A stretch of DNA of 64,000 nucleotides from the human T2T-CHM13v2.0 reference genome, Homo sapiens, in NCBI RefSeq assembly GCF_009914755.1, contig NC_060931.1; one strand, written 5' to 3'. The notes beneath the pieces were generated by a model. It did no database searches and had not been told where the DNA came from. It saw only the letters and a program-made list of their open reading frames with translations. The position numbers and the translations under genes were made by a program. Positions 25,075 to 39,188 of the stretch are shown in pieces. Numbering within the stretch: position 1 is the stretch's first letter; every line of letters starts with the position of its first letter.

Positions 25075-26740
25075 ATATATAATGAAAAATTGATAGAGCT
25101 AAAAATATAGAGAAAACCGAAATTATCTTTGGGGACTTCACACCACCCTTAGCAATTCAAATAATGAATAGACAGAAAATCAGCAATGTTCCAACACTTG
25201 CAATTAAATAGCACAGTTCTAAATAACCCATGGGTCAAAAAGGAAGTCTCAACAGAAATGAAAAATGCACTAATTCTATTGGCAGTAGATATCTCATCTG
25301 AAACCAGGAATATTAGAAGAAAATGGCAAAATATTTTTCAAGTTTCAGAAGGAAAAAAAAAAGCCTCTGGACCACATATTTAAAATCTGGCAAAACTATC
25401 CTTAAGGAATAAAATAGACAAATCTGCAATTATAGTTGTGAACTTCAACGCATCCTTCTCTGTAACTGATGAAATTGCTAAATATAACATTAACAAGCAT
25501 ACAGAAGATCTGGACAACACAATCAATCAAAGAGAACTGATTGACATACACAGAACACATCAGCATTTAACAACAGCAAAATACAATTTAAGTGCTCCTG
25601 GAACATTCACTAAAATAGCCCATATCCTGGGCCATGTAACAAACTTCAACAAATTTAAAAGAACTGAAACAATACATAGCGCATTCTCTCATGACAATAA
25701 ATTCAAACTATAAATCAACAACACAAGGATAAAGGAAAACCTCTAAAAACCTGTAAATGAAATAGCACACTTCTAAATAACTTACAGATCAAAGAAATCT
25801 CAAGGAAACTTTAAAACTAAATAGAAGCGAGTAAAAATGAAACTATCGTATAGAAAAACAATCGATGGTACACACAGAAAATAGCAGTACTGAAAAGACA
25901 AATTAATTTTATTAAATACTAACAATAGAAATAAGGAAAGAATCCAAGTCAGTAACCTAAGTTTCTGTCTTAGGAAACTAGAAAGAGAATATCAAATAAA
26001 CCCAACCTAGCAGAAGGGAGGAAATAATAAGGAAAAGGGCAAATATCAACAAAATTGAAAATTGGAAAAAATAGAGAAAATCAGTGAAAGGAAAAAAACA
26101 GTTACTAAAAAAAAGGTAAAATTAAAACATCTCTAGAAAGACTGAAAATAATAAAAAGAGAACAGACACAAATCACAAAAACAGAAATAAAGATCCCACA
26201 GCAAAAAAACAGATAGCATGAGAATACTATCTGCATCTGTGCATTCATTAACGCTACAACTTTGAAAGAAATGGATCAATTATTTGAAAACTGCAGACAA
26301 ACAAATACCTGGAAAAGAGTTTGGCAGTTTTTTTTGTAAAACTAGACATGCAACTATCACAAAATCCAGTGGTCTATTCCAGAGAAAAGAAAACTTACGT
26401 TCACACTAAAACCTCTACACAAATGTTCACAGAAGCTTTATTCAAAATAGACAAAAATGGGAGGTAACCCAAATGTCTTTCAACAAGTGACTGGTTAAAG
26501 AAACTGTGGACACTGTGGTGGTACATTCATTCCCTGGAATACTCCCACAACAAAGAGGACACACAACAGCTTGGATGAAAATGAAACGAATTTTGTATTA
26601 TTGATATTGTGTTGTAGCTATTCAAGATGACACTATTGATAGAAACCAGGTGAAGGGTACACAAGACCTCCTCGTACATTTTTAACAATTTCTTCTGAAT
26701 CTATAATCCTCTCAAATAATTTTTAAATAATATTATTTTT
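25075..26740 (+). mobile_element. Ancient L1M fragments (ORF2 EN, ORF1 piece, ORF2 linker, 3' end)
   Basis: ORF-track NFNASFS...EDLDNTINQRELIDIHRT...GTFTKIAHILGH (L1 EN) and DISSETRNIRRKWQNIFQV (ORF1-like); 3'UTR-like tgaagggtacacaagacctc...ctgaatctataat. Confidence 0.75.
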
Positions 26741-29700
26741 AAAAAGCAAGTTCTATGCAGATGGTGGTCACTGCGCCTTACATTCTCCATCTCTGCTCTT
26801 TAGGTATATTTAAGACAATAATGAGTAGCTTCCTACTGTTGTGCTAGGGATTGTAGAATAGAGTCCCTGGATTTGAGCTTAATGTGAATCAAGACCTAAA
26901 TAAATGTGCCCTTGGGATGCTGAACTGGTGTCAAACTTCAGAGCTGAATGATGTCACAGCTCAGCTCAAAACACTTCAGGGGCTTCCTATGATTTTCTTA
27001 GTGAAAACCGTTATTCTAAACTGATGTATAATAACTAACAGGATCTGATCTCCTGCCACTTCTCAGAATCTCTTACATTTACTAACATCCAAATATATAC
27101 TTGAATTATTGTTCAAATATAAGGAAATAATTTAACCATTCTAAAGGTAAAGACATTTGTAAGGAGAAAGTAGCACTGGCCATAGATTTCCTTACAGATA
27201 CATTCAACTTTGGAAGGCAGAGAAACAATACTTAGGAAGTACTTGATAAATGGAGTTGAGTATTTTGACTGGCCTTTACACATGAGAGAATTCAGGGACT
27301 CCAGCACTTCTGAGCCCTTCTTGAAGAAAATGGAAGATTATAAACTGTAGCCATCCAAGTAACAAAGGCAGAAACCACAACAAAATAATTGAACAAGAGC
27401 GTTCAGTTCTTAGCCATGAGGCCAGGGCTAAAATAAACATAAGAATTATGGCTGAAGAACAGAAAGGAAGTACTATAGGACCTGAATATGTAGCAATACC
27501 ATGTTTAATAAAAATTGAGTATGGTAAATGAAAGAAAAGAGGTAGTAAAATGAATTCTTTTTTGTGATAGTCTCAATATATCAGTTAAAACAAGTCGGTC
27601 GAGCCACATCGATATACGTAGATTTCAAGGTATAAAGTTAAAACTCAAGTTTGGATGATATAAGGGAGAGAATGAGAAAATATAGAGAAAATATCCTTAT
27701 TCTGTCATTGCTAATACTGGTGAGTCAATATAGACTCAGTAGTATAATATATACAAAGAACTAGGCGGTCAGTTAACCATTAGAAAAAAAAAAAACAAAA
27801 CTCAGACCTTCCAAATCATCATTGAAAAAACTCAGACCTTCCAAATCACATTAAACTAAAACATTAATAATGGCCTTAGCATAAAAGAATGTTGAGGAAA
27901 AGAAAAGGGAAGAGGAGGAAAAATATGTCTTGAGTAGTAAGAATAAGCCTATCTGTCATATTAATAAAGGTACTAAACTGATATGGACCACACTCGTAGG
28001 TGTGGATCATGATAGGACCACAAAAAAAAAACCCAATCTCCTATTCAGAAAACATGAAAAAACAACTAAAACCAAGTAATTACAAAATGAAGTGCAAAGG
28101 CTGCTGTGAATGGGGAACTGCTCCTGCCCACAATAAAGTTGAATTCAGTATAAGTTTATTAAATGAAACAAAGGTATGATATTTATTGCATACATTAAAT
28201 ATGATTTTTTTAAAGTTTTCAGAAAGAATGGGAGTTTACCAACCGCATAATTTCTATGACTCATCCACATCTGTGACTCTAAGTCTAGCCAAGCCATCAG
28301 ATACTGTCCTGCTTCAGCCATCAGCATCACCTGGGGCCCATATGAATTCCACATCCCCATTCTATATTCACGTGGAACCAGAGCTGGAGCCAACCAGGGA
28401 ACTTCCACACAGGGACAAGCTCAGCATGTGATTCTTACGCATCAGGTTACCCGCGCATGGGCAGACCAGTACTAGAAAGGCACATTCATATTCAAAAGAA
28501 ACTCCAATTGCAACTAAATAAACCTATTCTCACTGTCTCATAACTTCAAAGTGAGTAATTTTAAAGTAGAGCTAGAAGAAACTTGGCATGTCATTCTCAT
28601 CTTAAAGAAATGGAACAATGAACATCATATGATGAGCTTAATATGATTTTAAAACAAGAATATGTGGATTTTTTCTGATTTGATTATTAAAAATACAAGA
28701 CAGGACAGTATATTTTGTTCTTTCAAAAAAGAAAGAAAGATTTGTGATTTATTGATATGCTTCAGTAGATTTGAATTGAATTCCCAAGGTTCGGGAAACT
28801 ATAGTTGCAGGTTTCCAAGAAAAGCAGTATAAAAATATTCTGTTGCTGATATTTCTACAAAGAATATTATGAAATTTCAATTCAAGGACACAGATGTTGT
28901 TCAGTTACTGTAAGTTACTGTTTGCAAATCTAGTTTTTGTCCCCATTTGCTAAAACGTTCTGTGACTAGGGAACTTCCATGTAGGGACTTGGCTTTGGGG
29001 CCTTCGCACCTGGACTCACATGTCTCTTCGACTTCTTGGAATCTTGCTTTTGTCATCTGTTACAGAGCCAAAATAACAGGGTTTTAGGATCAGAGATAGC
29101 ATATATGAAAGGTCTGGAGAGTGCCTGTTACATGGATGGTGTTTGTTGAGCTGTGCAGTGGAGACATTTTCCACAGACTTTTTTCAGATGAGCCTTGAGC
29201 CAAGCAAACTGTCACCCTTCTATGTTTCAAGCCAGAGAACATTTTGTCAGCATCTCCCATGTGTTAATATTTGAGCAGAACTCCTGAGTCCACCACTATA
29301 AGGAAAACATCATGCCCCATAAAAGAACTTACAGTCACTAGTTTCCTCACAAACGTGATACCTATGTATGGAAATCTGTTTATCTTTTACCAAGCTATTT
29401 GGCTCTTAGGAGGCCAAGTCATGAGACTGCAAAGCTGCTCTTCACTGCTGTCTGATATAGAATGAATTTGGGTCATGGAAAAGAAAGGGAACAGGAAGCT
29501 TGCCTTTTTTGTTTTCTAACAGAGTAAAATAAAAGGAGGAATTAACCATGAGATTCGCATGGCAATGTTTAGCTTTATAACCACACATTTTGGTAAAATG
29601 AACACCAAAAAGTCAACAGCAAAATATTAATGCCATGTCACACTGCTACAGAAAGTGCTAACAGTGCACAATGGACTGGAAATTTGGGATGTGAATTCTT

Positions 29701-32249
29701 GGAAAAGTAGTAGGTATCTTTTATAAATTATTATATCGATCCACAACTTTAATAGTTTGAAGGGACTCCAGAGAATATTTAGCTCAATGCTCACATCTCA
29801 TCAGTGGAGAATCAAAGACTAATAAGTTATTCTTCACTGTTTAGGGTCACACTATACTATACAAGCCAGAGCTGGCTCAGGACACCTTACACCTCCCTAA
29901 GGGACTCCTCTCTCCTGTTCGGACCCCTCTGCCTCCCTCAGCAAGATGTAGGTTCCAAAAGGGTTCATCTGGTGCAGAAACAAACAAAATGAATGACACT
30001 TTCTTTTAAAATATACTAGCATTATTCTGCCATCTTGGGTGACCACCCTTTAGTCACTTTTCTCTATAATTTAGAAAGAGATAATGGCATTTCGGCATAC
30101 AGTTCTAAACATTCAATGATTGCTAGTCACGAAGCCTCTGGCTCTATCTAGCAGACATTAGATATTCCAAAACTGCCTATTGTTTTAATAGCAGCTTTAT
30201 TGACAAATATTCTTTACTTAGAAAAAAGAAAAACTTAATTGATAGAAGAAAGCTTAGCTGCTCTAACAGGAAGCTGAGATGCTATGTATATTAAAGTCAA
30301 AGTAGAACTTTTTTGGATACAGACTGAGAGAAATCATGTGAACCAACTGAGGATTCCATCTGGCTGCATCCAGAGAGAAATTTTAAGAATATTTGAAAGC
30401 AGGTAAAGAGAAGAAAAAGGGGAGAGTTCTCTGTTGGCAGAGGGTGAGCATGTACACACCCCAGATACAGAGGGACATTGTCGAAATGGTTTCCTACAGA
30501 CAGGGAGGCTATGGAACGTAGCAACTGTGGCCTCTGACCTCAAGGTTAAGACAATTACGTTCCTTTTACTGTATTTTTTAGTAACATCTGTGCTATCTCC
30601 ACATTTGTTATACTCACCAATTTTGAGTTGGTCATAGCTTGGGGAATGAGGAGAGACCTCGATCACACTCTTACTCACAGGCATCTAGAGATGGCTGGAG
30701 CAGCCAGCAGAAGCAGTGTTCATCACACGCAAATCAGCCCTGGACTATGGAGCGAGAAGACTCGGGATTGCCAAGAGAATGTGGATATCTGAGCTGGGTG
30801 AGAACCCTGAGAAATCACAAGAGGCACTCAGGTTGTTTCACAGATAAATGTTGGCATGACTCAGTGATTTCTTCCAGCCACTGGTGAAGAGGTGAACCCC
30901 GGAGATGGAACCATTCGGAATGGCTCATTTCTCTACGCGTTTGCATGTTAACATGATATTCTCCATTGGGTGGCTTTATTTGTCAGTATGAATTTCAGTA
31001 TCAATACCTTTCAATCAGATACACATTTTATCATTAAAGCACAAGCCTAGCTTGAGTTTTAAAGGTAGGCACAAACTATGCAATTCTTTTAAGAAGAAAT
31101 AAACTAAAACAAACAAAAAGAGGCAAGTCATGTTCACGACCCAGTGTGTTTCACTTCAGGATGAAGAGATATATAAAAACTCAGTTTGGCTTGACTGACA
31201 CTAGGGTACCTTAAAATGAAAAGGGCGGTAGTGCAAATAGCAATGTAGTTCAACAGCCTTTGCAAATCTCCAAAAATTAGATAATTTATATAGCTTTTTA
31301 CATTGCTTTTTATCTAAAGATGTCATATCATATATCTATAAATTTCCTGACTCAACATATCAAAGATGTTTTAAAATGGCATTTTGATGATTTTTTGATG
31401 TCATGTGAGTGTACAGAGGTACTTTGTTTTCAGATATTTATATGAAACAGAGGGTGACTCCCTAGTTTCATGGAGGTTCAGTAGTGAGATGGGAAAGATA
31501 TGGACCACATGCAGTATAATTATTAACAGAGCCCTGGCTTAATTACTTCAAGACGCTTAACCTTCCTGGAATTATACTTCTCATTTGTAAAATAAGAAAA
31601 TGAGGCTATGCTATCTTTAATGTTTTGTTTGGCTTTTTTAAAACATAATAGGGACAAGAATAAGGAATGGTCCTTTACGTCAACACTGGGAACTCAAGGT
31701 TATGCTGTAAAAAAGTAGGAAAATATAAAACTGTATTGACTTTGTGAAAGAAGGTTTAATTACTTAACCACTAAGGAGGTCGCTTTAAGGTGACATTCCT
31801 GTAACTTAGCAGGAATTCCTTGGAAATGGACCCAGAGCAGTGAGAAGCGATCCAATGTATTTTGTAGTATTTGGATAAATGTCAAAAACCTGAAGGCCTG
31901 ACTTTTTAATTTTTGTTTTATTTTGTTTTTGTCTTGTCCATACAATGATTATGAACTTAAGGGAGTATAACCTGAGAGAAAACAAAACAAAACAAAAAAA
32001 ACCTCTGAACAGGTATATTGTTGTTTTTTTAATAGCTTATAGGATACCAAAGAGCGATGCTAGAGCTGTGTAGATCCAGAGAGAAAACCCAGAACCCAGT
32101 GGAAGACTTCGTAAGATTTTACAGGAAGGCAAGATGCGTAATAAGTCCCCCACAGCTAGAGGAATTGGCCTTGGAAGTAATGAGCTTGTGCTCGAGACAA
32201 AGGCTTGAGAACCAGGCACTGGGATTTCCCAGACACTGATGATGATAGC

Positions 32250-33045
32250 ACTTTGCATCGATGTTCATGAGAGATTTCGGTGTGTAGTTTTGTTTTTATA
32301 ATGTCACTATCTTGTGTTGGTAAAAAGACAATGTTGATCTTATAGAATAGTTAAAAAGTGTTTATGTCTACATTTTGGAAGAAATTGTGTAGAACTCATG
32401 TTATTTTTAATTATATTTAATTTTGTAATTTAATATTGTAAGATTCACCAGTGAAACCATCTGGGACCGGTGTTTTTTAAAAATATATAGAAATTATTGA
32501 TTTAATTTTAATGGATACAAACATATTCAGTTTACCTATTTCTCCTTATGTGAGTTTTGCTATTTTGTGTGCCCAAGTGTACCTGAAGTATCATAGTCAG
32601 CTTCATGCTATTTCTTTATTATTGTTTTAATGTCTGCAGAGTATCTGGTAATAACCCCTCTTTCATTCCTGCTATCAGTAATTATCTTATTTAAAAATTT
32701 GTCAGTCTTGCTAGAGGTTTATCAGTTTTATTAATCCTATTATAGAACCAGCTCTGTTTCATTGATTTTTCTCTATTGTTTGACTGTTTTAATTTGTATT
32801 AATTTCTGCTCTTATCTTCGTTATTTCCTTCCCTTTGCTTACCTTGTATTTTGTTCTTTTTTCTCAAGGTAGATATTTAGGCCATTGATTTAAGATTTTT
32901 CTCATTTCTAATGTAAGCATCTACTGGTATACACTTTTCTGTCAGTACTGCTTTAGTTCCATCCCACAATTATGGTCTGTTGCAGACTTGTTTTTATTCA
33001 GCCTCATGCATTAAAAAAAATTATTCTGCTATTTCTTTTTTGGGT
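32250..33045 (-). mobile_element. Ancient L1M ORF2 fragments
   Basis: tttgcatcgatgttcatgagagat, ttcaccagtgaaaccatctgggacc and gtcttgctagaggtttatcagttttatt match antisense L1M ORF2. Confidence 0.7.
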
Positions 33046-33124
33046 ATCAGATGGTGTTAAAACTTTTGCTTAAATAATTAAATACAATTAATAAAAGTTA
33101 TAATAAAAGGGATAATTGTATGTA

Positions 33125-33726
33125 CAGTCATATGTCAATGATAAAAACACATTCTAAGAAATGCATTATTAGGCAATTTCATTGTTGTGTGAACATCACA
33201 GAGTGCACTTACACAAAGCTAGATGGTACAGCCTACTACACACCTGGGCTGTATTGTAGAGCCGATTGCTCCTAGGTTACAGACCTGTACAGCATGTTAC
33301 TGTACTGAATTCTGCAGGCAATTTATAACACAATGGCAAGTATTTATGTATCTAAACATATCTAAACATTGACAAGGTACAGAAAAAATACAATATAAAT
33401 GATAAAAAGAAATGGTACACTTGTATAGGGCACTTACCATGAATGGCATCTGCAGGGTGGAAGTTACTCTGGGTGAGTTAGTCAGTGAGCGGTTAAGTGA
33501 ATGTGAAAATCTAGGACATTACTGCACACTACTGTAGACTTTGCAAACACTGTACACTTAAGCTGCACTGCATTTCATGAAAAATAAAGTAATTTTGCTA
33601 CAGTGTTACAACAGCTATAACATCACTAAGCAATAGGAATTTTTCAGCTCCATTCTAATCTTATTGGACCACTGTCACATAAGCAGTTTGTCATTGACAG
33701 AAATGTCTTTATACAGCATGTGACTG
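33125..33726 (+). mobile_element. Tigger3 (GOLEM/MER7) non-autonomous DNA transposon, Tigger3c-sized
   Basis: Terminal inverted repeats CAGTCA...TGACTG; TA at 33123-33124; internal cctactacacacctgggctg and aggaatttttcagctccatt; ~600 bp. Confidence 0.85.
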
Positions 33727-33734
33727 AACCTATA

Positions 33735-34530
33735 TTTTGCTCTTTCCATTGTTCCATGTTCCTTCCTGATGCTTTTAGTTCCCGTCTTTCATCTTTTTTT
33801 TTTTCTGTTGGAAGAACATCCTTTAGGCAATCTTTAAGAATAAGTCTGCCATTGACAGATTCCCATATTTTCTCTACATCTGAGATTGTTTTTATTTCTC
33901 TTTCTTTCCTGAAAAATACTTATATTGGGTATAGAAACACAGTTCACAGCTCTTTTCTTTCAGCCTTTAAAGGGTATTGTGCCATGTCCCTCTCTTTTCC
34001 TTGGTTCTAATGAGAAATCTGATGTCATTTTAATTGGCGTTCCGTTGTAGGTAACATGTCGATCCTCTCTGGCTTCTTTTAATTTTTTTTATTTGTTTTA
34101 GAACTTCAATTATGATATGTCTTAGTATCTATTCATGGGGCTTTTTTTCAGTGCCTTGAATTTTTAAGTGTGTATCTTTTGCAAAATTTGTCAAGTCTTC
34201 GGCCATTAATTATTCCATTCTATATCATTTTTTTCAGTCTGTTTCTATCTGTTGTTCAGATTGGGTGAATTCTAATTTTCTGTACTCAATTTCACATATT
34301 TTATCTCTTTCATTTGCACTCTACTATTGAATCCATCCAGCAATTTTTTTTTCTGTTATCGTATTTATCAGTTTTATAATTTGATCCTGTTCTTTTTTAT
34401 GAATCTATTTCCTTGCTGAAATTATCTGTATTACATTTGCCTGTAATAGACTGTCATAGAATGTTTGACAGCTGTTTTAAAAACCCTTGTCAGGTAGTTC
34501 CCACACCTGATTCTGTTGATGTTGGCATTC
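33735..34530 (-). mobile_element. Ancient L1M ORF1-region fragment
   Basis: ttcctgaaaaatacttatattgggtatagaa and ggttctaatgagaaatctgatgtcatt resemble antisense L1M ORF1. Confidence 0.65.
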
Positions 34531-35989
34531 CTCAAACCCATAATCTCAGCGTTACTGAGGGTTGTTCAGAATAATATTTACTGCTAAAAATAGCACCTAA
34601 AGTCAGTAAACAGAAGACGATTGCATGCTTAGCTGAGAGATAGTATAAAACTAGAGGTTATATGTTGAAAAATTGTCTTCTTAAAATTGAAAGTGGTTTT
34701 AAAAAGTCAAAACCTGATGGATAAACTGAATAATCTACAGGGAAAAAAAACTCACCTCGACAAGGAATATAAAGAAATACTTTACGATTATTCTGTTGAG
34801 TAAAAGAAAAGAATGGGTTATAGTCAGAGGTTGACAGAGAGTGTGGCCTTAAATGAATTGTGGTGATAAATTTTCAGTGAATTTCCTAGTGAGTCACCAG
34901 ATACGGAATAATTGCTGCATATATGAGGCAGAGGATTGAATAGTAAATAAAATCCATGTAGGATTTAACAGCTTGCAAGGGAGGGTATGGAACAGGCTGA
35001 CACTCACAACTATTTCTAAAGGAAAATGGAAAGAAAATTCACAAGAAATTGGAAAATGAAGGTGGAGCTCACAGCTTTTTTTGTTACACCTTTTCAGTGG
35101 GAAGCGTGGTCTGGCAAGCATGATATAAAACATCATGTATAACTGGTCATCAAAACTTTGGGAAACATAATCTACAAACAGGAAAGAGAATCAGCCTTAA
35201 GTCCAGAGAGAACAACAGAATAAGAAAGAGGCAGGATGTGTCCAGTCTAAGGCAGCAGAGCCCTGATCCTACAGCACCTCTGGCTGCCAGAATGTGGTAC
35301 AAGCTGACTCTGGATTGGACCTTGCACGTGCTACTGTACCAGACCACCTTTGCAGTTCCCTTTAGTTTCCTCCCATCTGAATTTCCTCAGTGGCAACGTT
35401 AATAATTTTATCTTGAAAGTTAGTCCAAAACAGCATGTGCCCAGTTTGTCCTAAGTGAGGAATAAGCATTTTGAGGGATGTTCTCCTTATTCCAGCACAT
35501 TTTCCCAAGTTTCCTCAATGTTCTCCCTTTAGTTTTAACAGACATTTTCTGACCGGATTTATGCTAAACAAGGACAATAAACACCAACAATAACTTTTCC
35601 AGCTTCCCAACATTTCACAGCAGAGCTGCAGTAAAGGCAGAGGACATGGAGAGAAGCCCCATATGGCCAAGTCCTGCAGGAGCAGCAGCTCCTCCTGCCC
35701 ATATGTTCTGGAGCCCACCCGTCCAGGGGCAAAGCTGCATGCAGACTCCTTCCCCATCCGATTTTTCAGCGGGGACTGGCTCTGACCTTCAGACAGACAC
35801 GTCCAAACACCTGCCGATTGCCCTCTGGGTGGCCACCAGATACCTACAGCTCCGCACTGAAAAGTTCCAAAATGGAAACATCATCTCCCCCAAACCCGCC
35901 CCCTCTGTTCTGTGTTTTCTTAGATTCTGTATGTATATTTGCCATCCATTCCTCACAAGGCCCAACTCTCAGCCAAAGTGTCCACTTCT

Positions 35990-36375
35990 CTCCTTTTAAG
36001 TCCAATGCCTTGTATTCACTTCTCACATGCAGATCTGCTGATTCAAGTCTGAGCCCCCACCTTCTTCCCTAACTCGCACAGCAAGCCAACATTGCCCCTA
36101 CCCTAAATCATCCCAGGGCCAAGTACCAGGCAACCAGAGACCACCCTACGCTGTGTACCCATCCCTGCCTTTACTTCTCCACAGAAGCCTCAATACAGGC
36201 TCTGGCTGGGCCCTTCCTTCTGTCTCCTAGCCTCCCTGAGCTTTCTGCATGGCCCTGCGTGATGTGGTGTGCCCCCTCCTCCTGGGAAATAGAAGCAATA
36301 AATTTTCTTTCAGTGGCACTGACCTCTATGTGTAGTCACTCAGTCATTTCCAGAAACTAAAATCCTTTGGCCACA
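35990..36375 (+). mobile_element. ERVL LTR, MER74/MER54-like
   Basis: ctaaatcatcccagggccaagtaccaggcaac and gtggtgtgccccctcctcctgggaa...caataaa...gtcactcagtc; family recalled from memory. Confidence 0.6.
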
Positions 36376-36909
36376 AAGGAGATGCTCTCCTTTTGCCATC
36401 ACAGAATGAGATTGAGGATAGGGCATATCTGAATTCGGGGATGTAGTCTCAGCCTTAACTCTCACTACTTTGTGGTGGTGTTTAAGGATGTCTACCACTC
36501 AGCTTATCAAGAAAGCAGTGATATGTGAGGAGGCGCACTAGACTAGGTGCAAAATATATAGGAAGTGTCGCTCCCCCAGGCAGATGTGTCAGAGCACACG
36601 AGCCTCCCTCTACTGCATGCTGTACCCTCCTTCCTCCCTCTAGACACCAGTGAGGGTAAAAATCACCTGGCCTGCAAAATTCTTTGACAACTGGCACTTG
36701 TCGAGTATGTGCTGTGAACTACACACAGAGGTGAGTGGAATCGATGTGTGTGTGTTTGTGGTGGTGCATATACTTCCTGTGACTCTCTGGAGGGTCAGTG
36801 TTTACAGATGCGCTCACCCCTGCAGGGCCAGGTCAGGGTCTGTGCTATCTCTGCTGTTTTCACAACTCCGTTCTGGCTCCCCAGGAAAACCACAATAAAA
36901 ATCGGTCTT

Positions 36910-37330
<421 letters not shown>

Positions 37331-38079
37331 TCAGTGAGTATCTAGACACTTTAAAAGCTGGAAATGTTGGGGCTTGCCAAAGTTCCTTTTCTATGTAAGT
37401 TTTTGTTTTGCTTTTTTCCTGGTTAGGTCAAGGTCAAGGTGATTTACTGTTAGCATCTGTGGCTTTCTGGAATCCCACCCTTCCCAATCACACATCATTT
37501 TAAAGAAATGGTTCCCGAAAGGTCTGAACCACATTGTTAACCCACATACCCAGTGAAAAACAAAACAATTCTAAGAAGATTTAAATTAAACCAGTAACCC
37601 ATCCTCTTCTTATCTTTTTCTTGTAAATATTGCTTGATTCTTCCTGAATTCCCGAAGTGGAGTTTATTACAAAGAGCATTCATTTAGACGAGAAGTACTT
37701 GTATACAATTTTGTATGGTTTCCGTGGAAAAAGTGAATAGAACTGTGTTGCAGTATTGTGGTTTTAAGGCCTAAATTGACAATCAGCCTTTGTGAATTTG
37801 CATGAAAATTTATGCCCACATGACATCTTTTCTACTAAAGAAAGCTTTTGTTTTTCACACTTAGTACTGAACCTGGAAAGCTAATATCCATGTGGATAAT
37901 CCCAAAGGAGCTGGTGTGTTTAACTGTGTTGATTTTGTATGATCAGGAATGAATAAAAATAAAGCATGTTAGAATTTCAGAGATGGAGAGGAACTTATGG
38001 TCTCCTACTTACCTTGCATTCTTGGCATTTGGGGCCCAGATCACCTAAAGACCCCCCTGCACTATCTAATTTCCTCTGC

Positions 38080-38477
38080 AACTCCATCTCATCCAGACAC
38101 CCCCTCTTGGCTGTTGGTGTACCAGCACCCCCTTAAGAGCCCCCTGCTTCAGGGTCTTTGCCCTCACTTCTATCTTCTCCTGAATCACGTTTACTTCTCC
38201 TCCCAGATGGCTGCTCAAATGTCAACCTAGAAATAAAAACACCTCTAACCACCCTGAAAAAACAGCCACCACCTCAGGCTCAGCACTTCCTGCACTTAAG
38301 CCTGTTTTTCTTTTTGCCAAAGCTTTCACTGTTATCTGAAAAAATATATACATTTCCATGTTTAAAATGTATTATCTGACTCTCTTTTTTCTTTGCTGCA
38401 TCTCTACACCCAAGAATAGTTCCTGGCACATTACTGACATTCATCAAATGTCTTTTGAATGACTAAATAAGTGAATA
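38080..38477 (+). mobile_element. L2 LINE 3' end
   Basis: gctcaaatgtca...; gaatagttcctggcacattactgacattcatcaaatgtcttttgaatgactaaataagtgaat resembles the L2 terminus. Confidence 0.65.
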
Positions 38478-39188
38478 TGATGGGGTCCTCAGTATTCTGA
38501 ACCCTAACAGAGTCATAGTTTCTCAAATTGACTTGTGCCTTTCCTGCAATTTCAATCCAAGCTAAAAGTTTAAAAGTGGCATAAGGGCTGCCCAGGTAAT
38601 ATGAATTCATCACATGAAGGAATATTATATCTTTGAAGGCAGTGACTATTGTATTTTACCTCCTTGAGTGAGAATACATCTGTCTCAAAGAAAAGAATCA
38701 AGTCTCATTAGGGAGATAGTGCTGGCCAAACCAATCAGAACCATCCTTTGGGAAAAGATGTTTTAGAACTGACTCTTCTTTGACCATCCCAATTTGAAAT
38801 CTGTGTCTTTAGGGGCTTTTAACCACATTAAGTCATGACTGAGTGGTTAACTGTAGTGTCTTTGAGGCATAGGGATGGCAGGGATGAGGCAGGAGCCCTC
38901 CATCAGGAGTTTACATCTAGGGAAGACTTCTTTTCTTAATTGAACTACAAGAAGAACTCATATTTCTCATGCCTATTTTTCAACCCAAACATAAACAAAT
39001 GGGAGAATATGGTGGGAGCAGGGTGTATCCCACACTCCACAGAGAAGGGTGAGGATCCAGTTGAGAAGGACATCCCTGCAGAAGGAACAGGAGACACCAA
39101 CAAAAATGTGACGAGACTGTAAAGTCTCAATAAATATCCTGACTTTGCCCTCTCCCTCTGAGATGTAACAAGACTCTGTTGAAGTGGG

